From the human T2T-CHM13v2.0 reference genome, Homo sapiens: a stretch of DNA of 64,000 bases. The stretch lies in assembly GCF_009914755.1 (NCBI RefSeq), contig NC_060925.1; one strand, given 5' to 3'. The translations under genes and the position numbers were made by a program. Below the pieces are notes generated by a model. That model did no database searches, was not told where the DNA came from, and saw only the letters and a program-made list of their open reading frames with translations. The first letter of the stretch is position 1; each line of letters starts with the position of its first letter. Positions 28,925 through 43,873 of the stretch are shown here, piece by piece.

Positions 28925-31470
28925 TTTTTTCTTTTAATAGACTCTCTCTCTTCTGGAGAAGTTTTAGATGCATAGCAAAATTGAGTAGAAGGTACAGAGA
29001 TTTCCCATATACACCCTGCCTCCACAGCCTCCCCCATCATTTGTTACAAGTGATGACGTACATTGACACATCATTATCACTCAGAGTCCATAGCTAACAT
29101 TAGGGTTTATTCTTGGTGTTGTACATTCTATGAGTTTAAATACATGCATAATGACGTGTATCTACCTTTATAGCTTCATACAGAGTATTTTCACTGTCCT
29201 AAGAATTATCTGTGCTCTGCCTATTCTTTCCTGCCTCACCCCTAACCCTTAGCAATCACTGATCTTTTCACTGTCTCCATATATTTGCCTTTTCCAGAAT
29301 GTTATGTTATAGTTGGAATCATACAGTGTGTAGCCTTTTCAGATTAGCTTCCTTCACTTAGTAATATGAATTTAAGTTTTCTCCATGTCTTTTCATGACT
29401 TGACAGTTCTTTTCGTTTTAGCACTGAATAATATTCCATTGTCTGGATGTACCATAGCTTATTTATCCATTCACCTACTGAAGGACATCTTGCTTGCTTC
29501 CAAGTTTTGGCAATTATGAAAAAAAGTACCATAAACACCCATGTGCAGGTTTTGGTGTGAACATACATTTTCAGCTTTTCTGGGGTAAATACCAAGGAGC
29601 ACGATTGTGGATTTTATGGTAAGAGTATGTTTAGTTTTTGTAGGAAACTGTCAAACTTGTAATAGAAAATCCTTTTCCAAAGTGACTGTACCATTTTGCA
29701 TTCCTAACAGCAATGAATAAGAGTTCCTGTTTCTCCACATCCTTGCCAGCATTTGATGTTGTCAGTGTTCTGGATTTCAGCCACTCTAACAGGTATGTAA
29801 AGGTATCTCATTGATGTTCTAATTTGAATTCTGTTGACATATGATGTGGAGCATCTTTTCACATGCTTATTTGCCATCTGTATATCTTCTTTGGTGAGGT
29901 ATCTGTTAAGGTCTTTGGACCATTTGTTAGTTGGGTTGTTTGTTTTCTTATTGTTGAGTTTTAAGGGTTCTCTGTGTTTTGGATAATAGTCCTTTATCAG
30001 ATATATGTTTTGCAAATATTTTCTCCCAGTCTGTGGCTTGTCTTTTCATTCCCTTGATATTGTCTTTCACAGAGAAGTGATTTTTCATTTTAATGAAGTT
30101 CAGCTTTATCAATTCTTTCTTTCATGGATCATGTCTTTGGTGTTGTAAATAAGAAGTCATCGCCATATCCAAGGTCATCTAGATTTTCTCCTACATTGTC
30201 TTCTAGGAGTTTATAGTTTTGCATTTTACATTTAGGTCTGTAATCCATTTTGATTTCATGTTTGTGTAAGGTCTGTGTCTAGACTCACTTGTTTAATGTG
30301 GCAGTCCAGTTATTTGTGCACCATTTGTTGAAAAGACTATCTTTGCTCCATTGTATTGCCTTTGCTCCTGTGTCAAAGATCAGTTGGCTTTATTTACGTA
30401 AGTCTATTTCTGGGATCTCCATTCTGTTGCATTGATCTATTTGCCTATTCTTTTGTCACTATCACACTGTCTTGATTATTGTATCTTTACAGTAAATCTT
30501 GAAGTCAGGTAGTGTCAGACTATTGAATGTCTTCTCCCTCAATATTGTGTTGTTATTCTGGGTCTTTTGCCTCTTTAAATAAACTTTAGAATAACTTGCT
30601 GGGATTATGATTTAAAGTGAACTGAATTTATGGATCAAAGTTAGGGAGAACTGACATGTTGATGGTATTAAGTCTTCCTATCCAAGAACATGGAATGGTG
30701 TTCCATTTATTTAGTTCCTCTTTGATTTTTTTCATCATATTTTTAGTTTTCCTCATATAGATTTTGTGCATTTTTTTGATTTAGCTATATACCTAAGTAT
30801 TTTTTAGACGCTATTATAAATGATATTGCATTTTTATTTCAACCTCCACTTACTAATTGCTGGTAAGTAGGAAAGCAGTTGACTTTCATATATTAACATT
30901 GTATCCCACAATCTTGCTATAATCCCTTGTTAGTTCCACGAGGATTTTTGTTGATTCTTTTGAATTTTCCTCATAGACAATCATATCATCTTCAAACAAA
31001 TACAGTTTTATATCTTCCTTCCCAGTAAGTATACTTTTATTTCCTTTTCTTACTTAATTTCATTAGTTAGGATTTCTAGTATGATGCTCAAAAGGAGTGT
31101 TAAGAGGGGACATCCTTATTTAGTTCCTGGTCTTAGTGGACAACCTTTTAGTTTCTCACTGTTAAGTATGATTTGAGTTGTAGAGTTTTTTGTAAATATT
31201 CTTTATGTATCAAATTGAGGAAGCTCCCCTCTATTTCTAATTTAACTGAAAGTTTTTATCATGAAAGGGTGTTGGATTTCATCAAGTGCTTTTTCAGCAT
31301 CTATTGATATTATTATGCCATTTTTCTTCTTTGGCCTGCTGATGTGATGAATTACATAAATTGATTTTTAAATGTTAAGCCAGTGTTTCATACCTTGAAT
31401 AAATCCCACTGGGTCATGGTATATAATTCTTTTTATACATTGTTGGATGTGACTTCTAATATTTTGTTGA
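28925..31470 (-). mobile_element. L1MC1-like element (3' UTR plus decayed ORF2 C-terminus)
   Basis: gcaaaattgagtagaaggtacagagatttcccatatac 3' end; ORFs 29344-29595 and 29704-30015 are L1 ORF2p remnants (KTCTWVF, WINKLWYIQTMEYY, KDLNRYLTKEDIQMAN). Confidence 0.9.
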
Positions 31471-31659
31471 ACCAATGATTTTTCTGCATAAATATATTAG
31501 TTTCATCAAAGGGGAACTTTTAAGATAATTTAAATTCACTTATTTCCTAACATACAGCATATTCAAATATCTATTAAAAGCTATTTACATCATTTTTTAT
31601 TTTCTCTTGGCTATTGATTTTTTGAATAGGAAATAATGAGTTATTCATGAATTAAAAAT

Positions 31660-31890
31660 TAATATTAGTTAATATTTACTGAGTCCTTACTATGCCATGC
31701 ACTATGCTAAACTAAATCATTTAATCCTTAGAAAAGCACTATAGGTATGCATTACTATCACTAGACCTGTTCTACAGATGAAGAAATTGAGGCTCAAAGA
31801 AGTTAAGTAACTCATCCAAGGTTATACAGATCCAGTCATTTGCATCCAGGCAGTATAGCTCCAGAGAGCCTACATTTAACTCTATGATTT
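31660..31890 (-). mobile_element. MIR
   Basis: atttactgagtccttactatg...catttaatcct...tacagatgaagaaattgaggctcaaagaagttaagtaact. Confidence 0.8.
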
Positions 31891-32019
31891 ACAGTTCAAC
31901 AAAATCATCCACCACTCATTCACAACTCAGCAAGTTTCCTGACAGATAAATCAAATAACAAATTTGAACGGCACAAAGCATCCATGTGTTGCTTTTCATC
32001 TTTTCATCAGCATTTCAAA

Positions 32020-32850
32020 TTATTTCCTGGGTGACCCTCATGTGCCAGGCACTGTTTTAGCAACTGCACAAACAGAGACTCAGACGTCTAAGATCCCTGT
32101 CCGAACTTCTTTCTAGTAGGATCAGGAAGTAGAATGGTCAGGAAAGATTTCTTTGAGGAAATAGCATTTGAGCTGAGAAAAAAATTGTCTTTGGAAGACT
32201 ATTGGAAGAAACTAGCTATACAAAGAGCAGAGAGATTGGGATTTGTGCAAAGAAAATATAGTTATGAAATCCTCGTGACAGGAAAGCACTTAATTTGTAC
32301 AAAGTACTGAAAGGACAAAAAAAGAAAAAAAGGTGATCTGTATGGCTAAAATCTAGTGAATAGACGTATATGTGGGACATGCTGAAGTTAGCAGGCAGAA
32401 AAGCAAGCTCAGACATGGCCATGTGGGCAAAGTACAGATTTTATTCTAAGCATGATGGGAAACCACTGGAGGGCAATAAACAAACAGGGTGACATGGACC
32501 ACTCTGACCTGTCTGTGGCTTGTAACAGAGCCACAAGTAGAAGCAGAGAGATCAGTTAGGAGTTTATGGTAATCTAAGTGGAGTGGTTTGAGTTATGGTA
32601 ACATAAGTGAGAATGAAAGGAAGGAACAGTTTTTGAGAAATATTTTGAGTGTATATTGACAGGTCTTTTGGCTAAAGCAACTGAATGAATGGTAGTAACA
32701 TTTGCCGAAATTGAGGAGCTTCAGAAAGGAACTGGATGGGAGAGGAGGCAGGAAGGTTGGAGGATGGGGAGAACAGATGAAATAGTTCTGTTTGGAATGT
32801 GTTGAGTTGGAAACGTTTAATTCACATCCAAATAGAGATTATTTACATCA
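32020..32850 (-). mobile_element. L2 fragment
   Basis: tgtgccaggcactgttttag...ggtcaggaaagatttctttgagga...catttgagctgag...gggaaaccactggaggg. Confidence 0.7.
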
Positions 32851-33122
32851 AGTATTTCTTAGTCTTTGACCTTGAAGACAAGGCCTGGTGCCCACTGCAA
32901 TGCATGAGCTCAAACTATATTTCTAGCTCTAGTACAGATCAAATGTATACTTTAACACAAGTGGTAAAGTTGATAGAAATTTAGTCTTAGTAGAGCATAG
33001 CTGTTTCAAGACTTATAATTATTTGAAAGCTATTTAGATGATGTGGAAGGCTGAAATGTTTACATAAATTAAAAGAACTAATAATCTGTATGTTCTAATC
33101 ACTACCTGGAGAGGGCCTTTAG

Positions 33123-33492
<370 letters not shown>

Positions 33493-33509
33493 CTCTTTTC
33501 AAATTTCTA

Positions 33510-34420
33510 ACAGCTCTTTCTCACTCTTACTCTTAGATGATGACCTTACTTCCTGTTTCTCTTAAAAGAGAATGTCCCCCACCACAACAATCCACCTAAC
33601 TCTGTCTGTGCCCATATTTCCTTCTTTCTCTCCAGTTAAAAATCTAGAAATGTCTCTATTCCTAGCAGAACTAAATTAGATCCCCCTCCTCTGTGGCTGC
33701 CCAAGGACTTTTCCCAGCATTTCTCCACTTCCTGTCCTCTATCACTGATCCTTCCTTTCATGCTGGATATGTATATCCTATCATACTAGAATTGTAGATC
33801 ACAACATTAAAAGCATGCTCTCTGGAGCCATACTGCCTGGATGCAAAAACCTTTAAAATGTTTCATCCGCTCACCAATATTGCTATTTTTCACAGCCAAA
33901 AACAAAATAAAAAAGTTGCCTGCCCCTTTTACTGCCAGCTACAGCAACAATTCTTTGCTGCTTGTAGCAAACTCCTAAAATATATATTCAACATCTCCAG
34001 TTTTTTTTCCTTTTACCTCTCATTGTCCTAAATACACTCCAAATTTTGTCCCTACGACTTCTTTACAGATTCCTCCTTTGGTCCCCAATGTCTTATCCTC
34101 AGAATGCTTCTTTTCTACCTGCACTCAATCTCTTAGTGATGGCTTTGATTACTATCCATGTGCTGTCAACTCCCAAATATTTCTCTCTCTCCCAACCTCT
34201 TTCTAGACTTATCCAACTGCCTACTCAACCTCCTCATTTGGGTGTCTTACAGACATCTTACATCTAATATAGCCAACACTGAGCACCAACCCCAAACATT
34301 GATTCCCAGCCTCAAACCATTACCTCTATGAATGGCAACTTTATCCTTCCAGTTGCTCAAGTCAAAAAGCTGGCATCATTCTTGATATCTGTGTTTGTCT
34401 TACACACAACACTCAACCCA
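33510..34420 (+). mobile_element. L2 fragments
   Basis: atccaactgcctactcaac...gaatggcaact..atccttccagttgctcaagtcaaaa; pyrimidine-rich L2 body. Confidence 0.65.
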
Positions 34421-35619
34421 TTCTTGTCTTCCTCTTATAGCTGAGGCCTAGAGAAGCTAACTGACTTGCCCATGATTCCTCAGCTAGCAAGTTACTGCCA
34501 AGATTCATTCCAGTGTTAAACTCCTCTCCAGTGCTAAAGTCTTTGCCAACTAGTGAACAACTCACCTTTAGTCTAGCTTGGACACTAACCTAAAAATGAG
34601 TCATCTAGCCAATCATAAAAATAGAAAAGAAATAGGTATAGTGTTTAAATATTCCAAAGAGTCTCTGAAGTGACTGAGTTGTAACTTTAAACTAATATAT
34701 GGCCTATCATATATTACATTTGCACAGCTGGTAAAAGAAATGTGTTCTGCAATTTGTGAACACACTGACATAGGACAATTTATCAAAGATTTAGCAGGGG
34801 CTTCTTTTCCTTCCTGACTTCAGATAAAATTGCCAGGCACAAAGCCTTCTGTATCACATTGTCTAGACTTCAGATGAGCAGATTTCCCAAAGCTCTTACC
34901 AGAAGTGACTGTCAAAGATATCCTCTGATCTTTCTTACTCAGCCCGTCTCTTTTCACATGACTCCAAATTTGGCAATTGTCAGCAGATGTATGAAGTTGT
35001 GGGAAGACACCAATGACCCATCTCATCTTCCTTCCCTCTGCAATTCTCAAATGCAAGTAATATCAGCTTGTCTCAAAGATGTTATCTGTCCAAATAGTTT
35101 TGATTCTTTGCCCTCAGTGTTTTTGTTACACATATTTTACATGATGTCAGAACATAACATTTTCAGAAAAAAAACAGCCTAGGGAATCCACAAAGTTCAC
35201 TGAGCATAAACATGGTTTACTAGCATCATACTAGGTCAGTTCCTTTAAAAGAGGCTACCTAGAATATTTAGTGGCCTCTCTAAAGTTTTTTTGCAGCATT
35301 TTGTTTTAAAATGCCAGGGTTTAGCTTCATGATCCTTTGGGCTTTTAAAGAATAGTTGCCTTCATCTTTTAAGGATGGCAGTGGTATATTGGGAGAATAT
35401 ATTTTGAGAACAGTCATTTTCCTGGCTCAGAATCCTTCTTATGTGGTGTTACAAAGATTGGTGATATTTTTGTTACAATTTTTAATAATTCTAACAATTT
35501 CTTCATTCCCTTACTAAAAGAATCTGCCATCTCCATTCCTTCCTCACCATGTTTCAAATTTGCTCATTCACCCTTAGAAACAATACTTCTCTGTTAAAGT
35601 CACATTGTGTGACAGTGAG

Positions 35620-35860
35620 ATTTCAAGAGTTCTGGTTAGGCATTTTGTAGAATGGCCTTCATTTTGCATTTGCCTCACATTTTCTTATGATTACACTGAG
35701 GTTATGAATTTTTCCAAAGAACCCCACAAGGTGAAGCATTTTTCTCATTGCATCATGTCAGAGGACAGATGATATTAATGTGATTTATCTCTGGTGATTT
35801 TAACTTTGATCACTTGGTTAAGACTGTATCTGTCAGGCTTCGTTCTTATGTTTTTCCCAT
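35620..35860 (-). mobile_element. L1MC4-like fragment
   Basis: cattttgtagaatg...ttctcattgcatcat...taactttgatcacttggttaag. Confidence 0.6.
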
Positions 35861-35885
35861 ATTAAATAACAATTGCAATGCTTAC

Positions 35886-36033
35886 CTATGGTAGACAGTG
35901 CCTCCTGAGTATATTCTCTTTGATGATTTACATTCAGTTCTTATGAGTGCCTGTCTGTGGCTGTCAATCCTCTCCATGAGCTTGAATGCACGTGCCTCCT
36001 CCTCAAAGCTACATGTATGTTACTTCAACATTC
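35886..36033 (-). other. Candidate non-coding exon
   Basis: Minus strand: ctttttctttccccttaaag|GAATG ... CCATAG|gtaagc; 148 nt of apparently unique sequence. Confidence 0.35.
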
Positions 36034-36646
36034 CTTTAAGGGGAAAGAAAAAGTGGTTCTTTTACAAAGTCTGTGTGAATTGTCATCAATATTTGACACA
36101 CATGCCTGCTCAGCAGCCTCAAGCTAGACAGCATGTATGTGGGAAGGAGCATGGCACATAGTTGGAAGTACTTTGTGTTGGCAAGTTACATTGATGCTAC
36201 TGAAACTAAACATTGAGACCTAGACCAACAAGCCAAGAACCATCCCATGCAACTCCCAGTGCATATAGCTTCTGCATATTAATCAGTTGAGCATTTACAG
36301 CACCCCTAATTAGAAAGCTCTATCACTTTTTATAGCTAGTACTTGGCCAGGCGGTGGTGATGCTTAATGTTGTGAGGGATCTTGTAACCAAAGTGAAAAG
36401 TCCCAAATCAAGGGAGTCTCCCACTTTGGGCAAACCTTCTCAGAGACTAATGCATAAAGATATAGAAATCAATAAATTTCATGCCCAATGTTTAGGTTAC
36501 TTAGTTAGCAATGCCTTAGAGGTTATCCTGCCTATCATTTCACCCTGTGAAGAAAATTACTACTCCTTAGTATTTTTTTCCACATAAAGAAGTTGATTTA
36601 TGGTTTGATTTTTACATGTTGTCTGCAAATTAACATATGATCATGA

Positions 36647-36939
<293 letters not shown>

Positions 36940-37116
36940 TTATGTATATAATCATAAGAACAGGCACAAAAAATCATATTTATAGATAACAATTATACTT
37001 CCATTTGACTTTTCATTTAGGAAATTTATCCTTGTGCTATTAGCATAAATGATAGTTTTTCTAATAAGAAGAAATTAATTTTTGAGGTTTATTATGATTA
37101 TAAGAGGAATTCTTAC

Positions 37117-37272
37117 CTTTTCTCTGTAGAATTGGAGATTCCAGCTGCTATTATGGAAGCATGGTTGCAGTGGGTTTCCAATGACTTATGGTTCAACACA
37201 GAAATGATATTGTTGTAATTGGTTTAGAGTTTCTCTTCTTGCAGAAGGTGCTGTCACTGCCATATGGTGCTG
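37117..37272 (-). other. Candidate non-coding exon
   Basis: Minus strand: branch-like ctaat + cttcctgttttcacag|CAG (NAGNAG) ... GAAAAG|gtaaga; 156 nt. Confidence 0.4.
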
Positions 37273-40132
37273 CTGTGAAAACAGGAAGATTAGATGCTGA
37301 CTTTATTCACTGCAACAGTGATATCTCTTCTGATCAGATGGTAGCTTCTCAGAGTGTACAGGGAAAAGCAAAGTCTCAGCTCCCAGGGTTAGTCTCAGCT
37401 GTGTTTGTTCCAAGTCACTGTAGCTGTGGCCTCCCAATGTTACAGCTTTTTATTTTATATTTAAAGTCTCAGTCATTAATCCCAAAGCATGTACACAATG
37501 CTATAGTGGCTGAGTCAGACACATACAATGCTTAGAGCCATCCCCGCCCCAGGAGAGGCTGTCACCAGTTCAAACTCCTGAATTCCTCATCTCTCATTTC
37601 AGTGAAGAGAGATGTTCTAATGATGTTGAACATCAAAATAAAAAGTAGTTGGGGTCTTAAGCTCTGTGCAAATTTGAACTGACCTTTCTCTAATAGACTT
37701 TTTGTCCCACATTCTAAAGGATATGGTGTTGGGATGACTTTTATCAAAGTCTAAACTTTTTGTTACACCATGATATTAATTTAGACTTTCTATTCTATTT
37801 TCTAAATTACTTTTCTTTAGGAATTTTCCTTATTTTGCTGTATGTTATAAAATGAAATCTCCATAGTCATCAGTCTATAGATTAAGCAAAACTTTCTCCC
37901 CTTTTCTTCATTATCCTTAGACATTATGTTTACCATGTTCAGTTTAAAACACCATAAGCAAAACTACCTTAGTATATAATGGACTGAAGTGAAAAATATA
38001 CTACAGAGAAATTCTCAAGGACCATCTCAGAAATTTATCTAAGGAAAAATGGAAAAGGAGATTGTAGGGGGAGGGGGATTGGGTTGTCATGTGTTTAAAG
38101 GTACAGAACAAAGAAGGTGAGAGGCAGCTAATGGTCCCTATATCGCCTCCAGCAGGGTCACGGAACAATGGCAGTTCTGCTGGAATTGTTCAGAGGAGGT
38201 TCTTTGCCTGGCCTTAAGTTTTAGTGTCAGCAGCACATGAAAACAAGCCTCGGCAGAGGAACAAATGACCAAGATGCTTCTAGTAAGGACCTTGATGAGG
38301 ATGGAAGTGAAGACAAAAGGGAAGCTATGAGACTTGAAATATGATGCACCATTCCACAGTTTTGAATGTGGTCCTGTGGGAGAATAAAGACTGTTGTTTA
38401 TTTACATTAATTTGACAGTCACAGATTATTTAAGAGTTCTGATTGCCTGCATGCAATCATGCATGCATTTGATAAACACACCCTGAGATATTTGGGCTAA
38501 GTCACCTTCTTAATCCAAGTTTGTGGTAAAAGTTTATCCTGTATTTTAGATATCCTTCATAACTGAGAAAGACTGATTATGGCAAGAGGTATTATTCGAT
38601 GCAACTAATGATCAAGGAATTTAAGAAGAGTGTGCAGATAGAGATTCTTTACATTAACTTGTAGCAGTAGCTTTAAGGAATTCTTTAGCTTTAAAGTGAC
38701 TTCTTTCACAAATAGGAAAGTAAAGGACAGCAGCCAGAGGTCTAAATGTCATTTGTTCATTTGAGAACAATATACAAAAAGTATCAGAAATCAGTTTCTT
38801 TGCATTAAGAAGTATATGTGATAAGGTGAAAGTTTCTTAGATTTGCATATTAAAAGCAATGGCACTCGGTGCCAAAAATGACTATGTATAAGGCAGAATC
38901 TTATCAACTACAATAAATAGAACAAAAAAAAAACATGTAAGCATAACTCCAGTTGGCATCAAAATCTACTAGGCTAAGTCTATAAGTGCAAATGTGTATG
39001 TTAATTGCTAATATGTCTCACTTAGCTGAATGCGCCAGTATGTTCGGAATCCAAGTCATTCAGCTCTGCACTACTTCAGTGAAGCTGAAGTGGTTGCAGT
39101 GGAAGCACACACTTAGGTCTCCCAGGACAACCAAAAACACATGCATTTGCCCATCATCTTGATGTTTTCCTAAAGAAATATAACCCCTATTTAAAACAGC
39201 CCTTAGGTCTAATGAAAATCTGTAATATATATATTCAGATATATGTAAGGCTACATTTTCCAGCCCAGCACCTTTTCCCAACATAAATCCCCAAAGATTT
39301 TAACTGCATTCCTTTTTCAGCACAGAAGAGTTATGTTCTTAATTACTGGCATTGGAACAGTGATTTTTCAGGAGGGAGTAGGGAGTGAGAAATTGGAAGG
39401 TGAAAGAAGGCATATTAGAATTACCAAGGGAGAATTTTCAAACTACCTCACATCCCCACTTCCTGACTTTGGGAGTCTGATGTGTGCCTCAGGAGTCTTG
39501 GGACCTAGGGGTGTGGAGAGGGGGATGCAGCTTGTTGGAGCCTCTGTGATCCAGTTCTGTTCCCACACCTTCCCTCATTTAGAAATCCTGAAGTGAAGGA
39601 AAACACACTTCTCTGAAATATTTTTTAAAGGTGGACTCCTGAGGGAACAAATAAAACAAAGTAATCAGCAGAACAGTCTCAATGTTCCTGACTGAGATTG
39701 AACCAAATGATCCTGAGCATTCTTCTTCACACCTTTGTTATCTTAGAAAAGAACAAGCTGTAACAACTTTCTCACTTGACTGTCACATTCTAGGTAACAA
39801 TGTCTCAGAATGCTCAATGGTACTGGAGGGTTTATGCTGAATGCCTCTTACTGAGGTCTTCATCAAGTATTAATGCAAATAAAAATTTTAATATTATTAT
39901 CTAAATATAATGCTCTAAATCTCACCCCCAGGGTTTCTCTTCTTCAGATAATTTTACTTATTCATTGAAATAAATTAAAACATGCCTATGGTACACTTTA
40001 TAGTATCAACATTTGTCAAAAATATTTAATTAATTGTATTTTATTCAATTGTGTAATTTGACTCCCAAGCCTCAATATTGATTCAGCCTCCAAAATATTT
40101 TGAATTATACCTTTCCTCCAGAAACAATAGAG

Positions 40133-41054
40133 GAAGGAACTTAAGTTTCTATCAACACAGTGGAGAAAATGTGGTACATATACACAGTGGAGCACTATTC
40201 AGCCATAATAGCAGAATGAGATCCTGTCATCTGCAACAACATGGATGGAACTGGAGAACAATATGTTAAGTGAAATAAGCCAGGCACTGAAAGACAAAGT
40301 TCACATGTTCTCATTCATTTGTGGGAACTCAAAATGAAAACAATTTAACTCATGGAGATAGAGAGTAAAATGATGGTTACCAGAGGCTGGGAATGATAGT
40401 GAGGGATGGGGTGGAGGGAAAAAGTGGATGGTTAATGGGACAAAAATGTAGTTAGAGAGAATGAATAAGGTCTACTATTTAAAGGCTGAGCATGGTGGCT
40501 CACACTTGTGATTCCAGTGCTTTGGAAGGCCAAGGAGGGAGGATCGATTGAGATCAGGAGTTTGATACTTATGCCTAGGCAACATAGTAAGACACATATC
40601 TACAAAAGGAAATTTAAAAGTTAGCCAGGATTAGTGACATGTGCCTGTAGTTCCAGCTACTCAGGAGGCTGGGGCGGGAGGATTTTTTGAGCCCAGGAAC
40701 TAGAGGCTGCAGTAAGCCATATTCATGCCACTGCACGCTAGCCTGAGTGACAGAGCAAGACCCTGTCTCTGAAAAAAATTAAAAATCAATCAATCAATCA
40801 ATAAACCTAGTATTTGATAGCACAATACGGTGATTACAGTTGAAAGCAATTTATTGTACATTTTAAAATGCTAAAAGAATAAAACTAGGTTGTTCATAAC
40901 ACAAAAAAAGGATGAATGTTTGAGGTAATGGATACCCCATTAACCCTGATATGATGATTACACATTACATACCGCTATCAAAATAATTCGTGTACTTCAT
41001 AAATATTTACACCTACTATGTATTCATAAAAATAATAATAATAATTTTTTATAA
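40133..41054 (+). mobile_element. L1MA-class 3' end with 13-bp TSD, split by an AluJ
   Basis: atcctgtcatctgcaacaacatggatggaactggag...; TSD agaaacaatagag at 40120-40132 and 41055-41067. Confidence 0.9.
40483..40803 (+). mobile_element. AluJ nested in L1MA
   Basis: Diverged dimer with (AATC)n tail; degenerate TSD aataaggtctactattt / aataaacctagtattt. Confidence 0.9.
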
Positions 41055-41326
41055 AGAAACAATAGAGCCCAGGCTGTTGTCTGGAGTGAATCATAGACAT
41101 AGGATCTAGGGAAAGACCTAACTATAAATAAATAAATACATATACATAAATACTAATCTTTTTAGATATATAAAGAAATATGTAACATATAAATAGAGGC
41201 ATCAATTTACATAAAATTACAATAGAAATGTTTATATATACAATAGTAGAGGGCTGTATGCCATTGTGTAATGATATTTGGCCATATACGAAAGAAGCAA
41301 AGAACACTATTCAATAAATAATGCAG

Positions 41327-41342
41327 GCACACATGCACACAT

Positions 41343-41371
<29 letters not shown>
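41327..41371. repeat. (CA)n microsatellite
   Basis: gcacacatgcacacatgcacacacacacacacacacacacacaca. Confidence 0.9.
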
Positions 41372-41375
<4 letters not shown>

Positions 41376-42302
41376 ATCTCTACCTTAAACCATACACAAA
41401 AGTAAATTCCAGGTAGATTTTAAAACTAAATATAAAAACCATCAAACTCTACAGACTTTAGAAGAAAATATTTAAAAATTCTTCGATAACTTCAAGGTAG
41501 AAAATATTTTCTTAAATAAGACCCAAAAATCTACAACTGTAAAATTTTCTTTTACATTCAATTACCTAAAATATCAAAAGTCAATGTTAAAATAATAAAA
41601 TGATCAGGCTCAGAGTAGAAGAAATAATTTGCAACTCATATAACTGACAAAAACAGTACAGAATATATAAAGAACATCTTTATATGATAAAAATCAATAT
41701 GAAAAAAGACAACACAAAGGATACAAAGTTTCACTTATGCAGCATGAATAAGTTCTGGAGATTTAATGTATAGTATGGTAACTATAGTTAACAATACTAT
41801 ATTGTGTACTTGAAATTTGCTAAGAAGGTAATCTTGTGTCTTCCTCACAAAAAAGGGAGTAACTCTGAAGTGATAGGTATGTTAATAAGCTTGATTGTGA
41901 TGATCACTTCATAATGTATACTTAAAACATTAAGTTGTATACCTTAAATATATAGAAATATTTTTATCAATTATACCTAAATGAAGCTTTATAAAAAGAC
42001 AAACAACAAAATGGAAAAATGAGAAAATGACCAGATCAGTCATACAAACAAAAACCTAAATTGATAATAAATGTATGAAAACATGTTCAACTTTGCTAAT
42101 ATTTATGGAAATAAATATTAAAGCTACAGTAACATACCATTTAAAACCCATAAGGTTAAGGGAAAAATTAAAAAGACTGATAATACGAAGTGCCTGTGAA
42201 AATGTAGAGAACTGGGAACTCTAACAAACTACTGATGGGAGCTTAAGTTGACACAAGCACTTTGGAAAAGTTTGGAAGTGTGTGAAAGATGTACTCACCA
42301 TA

Positions 42303-42802
42303 ATTAGGGGAGTCAGAGATCACCTCTAACCATCTTTAAGCTCTTACATGGGCCCTTCAGCTGAATCTATAAACCAAACTGACACCAGGCAGATTAACAA
42401 AACAAAAGCATACACATTTTATTAGTTTTGCATGTACATGGGGACTTCACAAAAGAGTAAAGTCCAAAGAAGTGGCCAAAAAAAGATGCTTCTATACTTT
42501 TTAGACAAATAATGATAAATTTTAGAAGAAATGACAGGACAAAGGAAATCTGGCTAGGGACAGTAACTATATTCAGGTTCACTGTAGGCCGCCAGTTCCC
42601 AGTCTCTGGCGATAAGGGCTATTTTCTAGCTCTGGTACTGGGAGGGTACTCCTCCCAGAGGAATCTTTATGGCTTGCTGCCTGCAGGAAGAGACAGGTCA
42701 GCTAGACCTTTCTGAAACTATCATTTCTCCAATGTTTTCAACTCAACGTAGTCAATATATTAACCCAGCATATTTCGGGATGGTATATCATTCAGTCCTT
42801 CA
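42303..42802 (-). mobile_element. MER34-family ERV1 solo LTR
   Basis: Minus strand starts tgaaggactgaatgatataccatcccgaaatatgctgg; 500 bp; TSD cata at 42299-42302 and 42803-42806. Confidence 0.75.
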
Positions 42803-42841
42803 CATACAACCACAAAATTCCATTCAATATGTATCTTAGAG

Positions 42842-43005
42842 CAGTGGTTCTAGGATATATGTGTGGCCTGAAGAACCCTAGAGGCTTCCTAAGACTCTTC
42901 TTTCAGGGAATCTACAAGATCAAAACTATTTTCATAATACTAAGATTGTTTTGCTTTTCCACATTCATTGCTTCACAGTGTACAATGAAGTTTTGCAGAT
43001 GCTAC
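42842..43005. mobile_element. hAT-Charlie (Charlie4-like) terminal fragment
   Basis: cagtggttct terminus and tcaaaactattttcataatactaag motif. Confidence 0.6.
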
Positions 43006-43359
43006 CTGCTGTACACACACACACACACACACAGACACATACATACATGCTAAACACCATCTCTTAAGGGGAAGGAGGTGAAATGGCATCAGAAAGGGCC
43101 ACATGGAACTGATTGTCTTGTAACCCTGAGTAGATGTAAAATGTTCATCATCAGCTTTACAAATTCTATTTTCTGGATCACATATTAAAGAGATAAAGTC
43201 TCCTACTGTGTATTTATATAAATAAACTATATTTACCAGCCTCACATTCTTATATTTAACCAACAATCCTGATAGTAATCATAAATTCTCCTATGATAGC
43301 CTTTGGCTTTTTGACGTGAGAAAAATGAAAGGACTTCCTCCACTGAGGAAAGGTACCCC

Positions 43360-43550
43360 AGTGGAGAGAAAAGCACAAAAGCCATGGATGAAAAGAGTCT
43401 AGATTTTTACAACCATGCCTAGTGCTCATCCACTGGCCCAAGCAATTTACATGACATCTGTGAACCTCCTCCATTCCTTATTTGTAAAATGGAGATAATA
43501 TTTCTTAGATAGCATTATAAGTATGAGGGGTAACTAATGTGAAAGGATTT
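43360..43550 (+). mobile_element. MIR fragment
   Basis: tctgtgaacctc...ttccttatttgtaaaatggagataata. Confidence 0.55.
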
Positions 43551-43873
43551 TTTTTTAATTAAGAAATGGCCTTTGGAGGTAGAAGATTTATTCATCTCTT
43601 TGGATTCCATGTTAGTCAACATAACGCTCCTTTCCATTCTCTCGTGACTCCCTTATAGTGGCCCAGGGAGGGTTCATAGTAGGAGTCATCCTTCTCAGGT
43701 GAAGGCAATAAAGGGTATATTGCCTAAAGAGAATTTTAAAACAATAATAAAACCAACTAAAAGTCCAAATGCTGTTTATTATTACCACAGGCTGCTGATT
43801 GTAAATATTGCCAATGCTGCCACTGCTCTTATACACCTTCTTCACTCTGTAGGACTCAGCAAAAATGCTGGCC

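Larger units (their letters stand above)
41290..42840 (+). mobile_element. Ancient L1ME-class ORF2 3' region with nested (CA)n, L1MA/MB fragment (~41715-41995) and LTR
   Basis: accatacacaaaagtaaattccagg...tagaagaaaata...aaacatgttcaac...gtgaaaatgtagagaactgggaactct; continues after the LTR as catacaacc..aattccatt. Confidence 0.65.
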
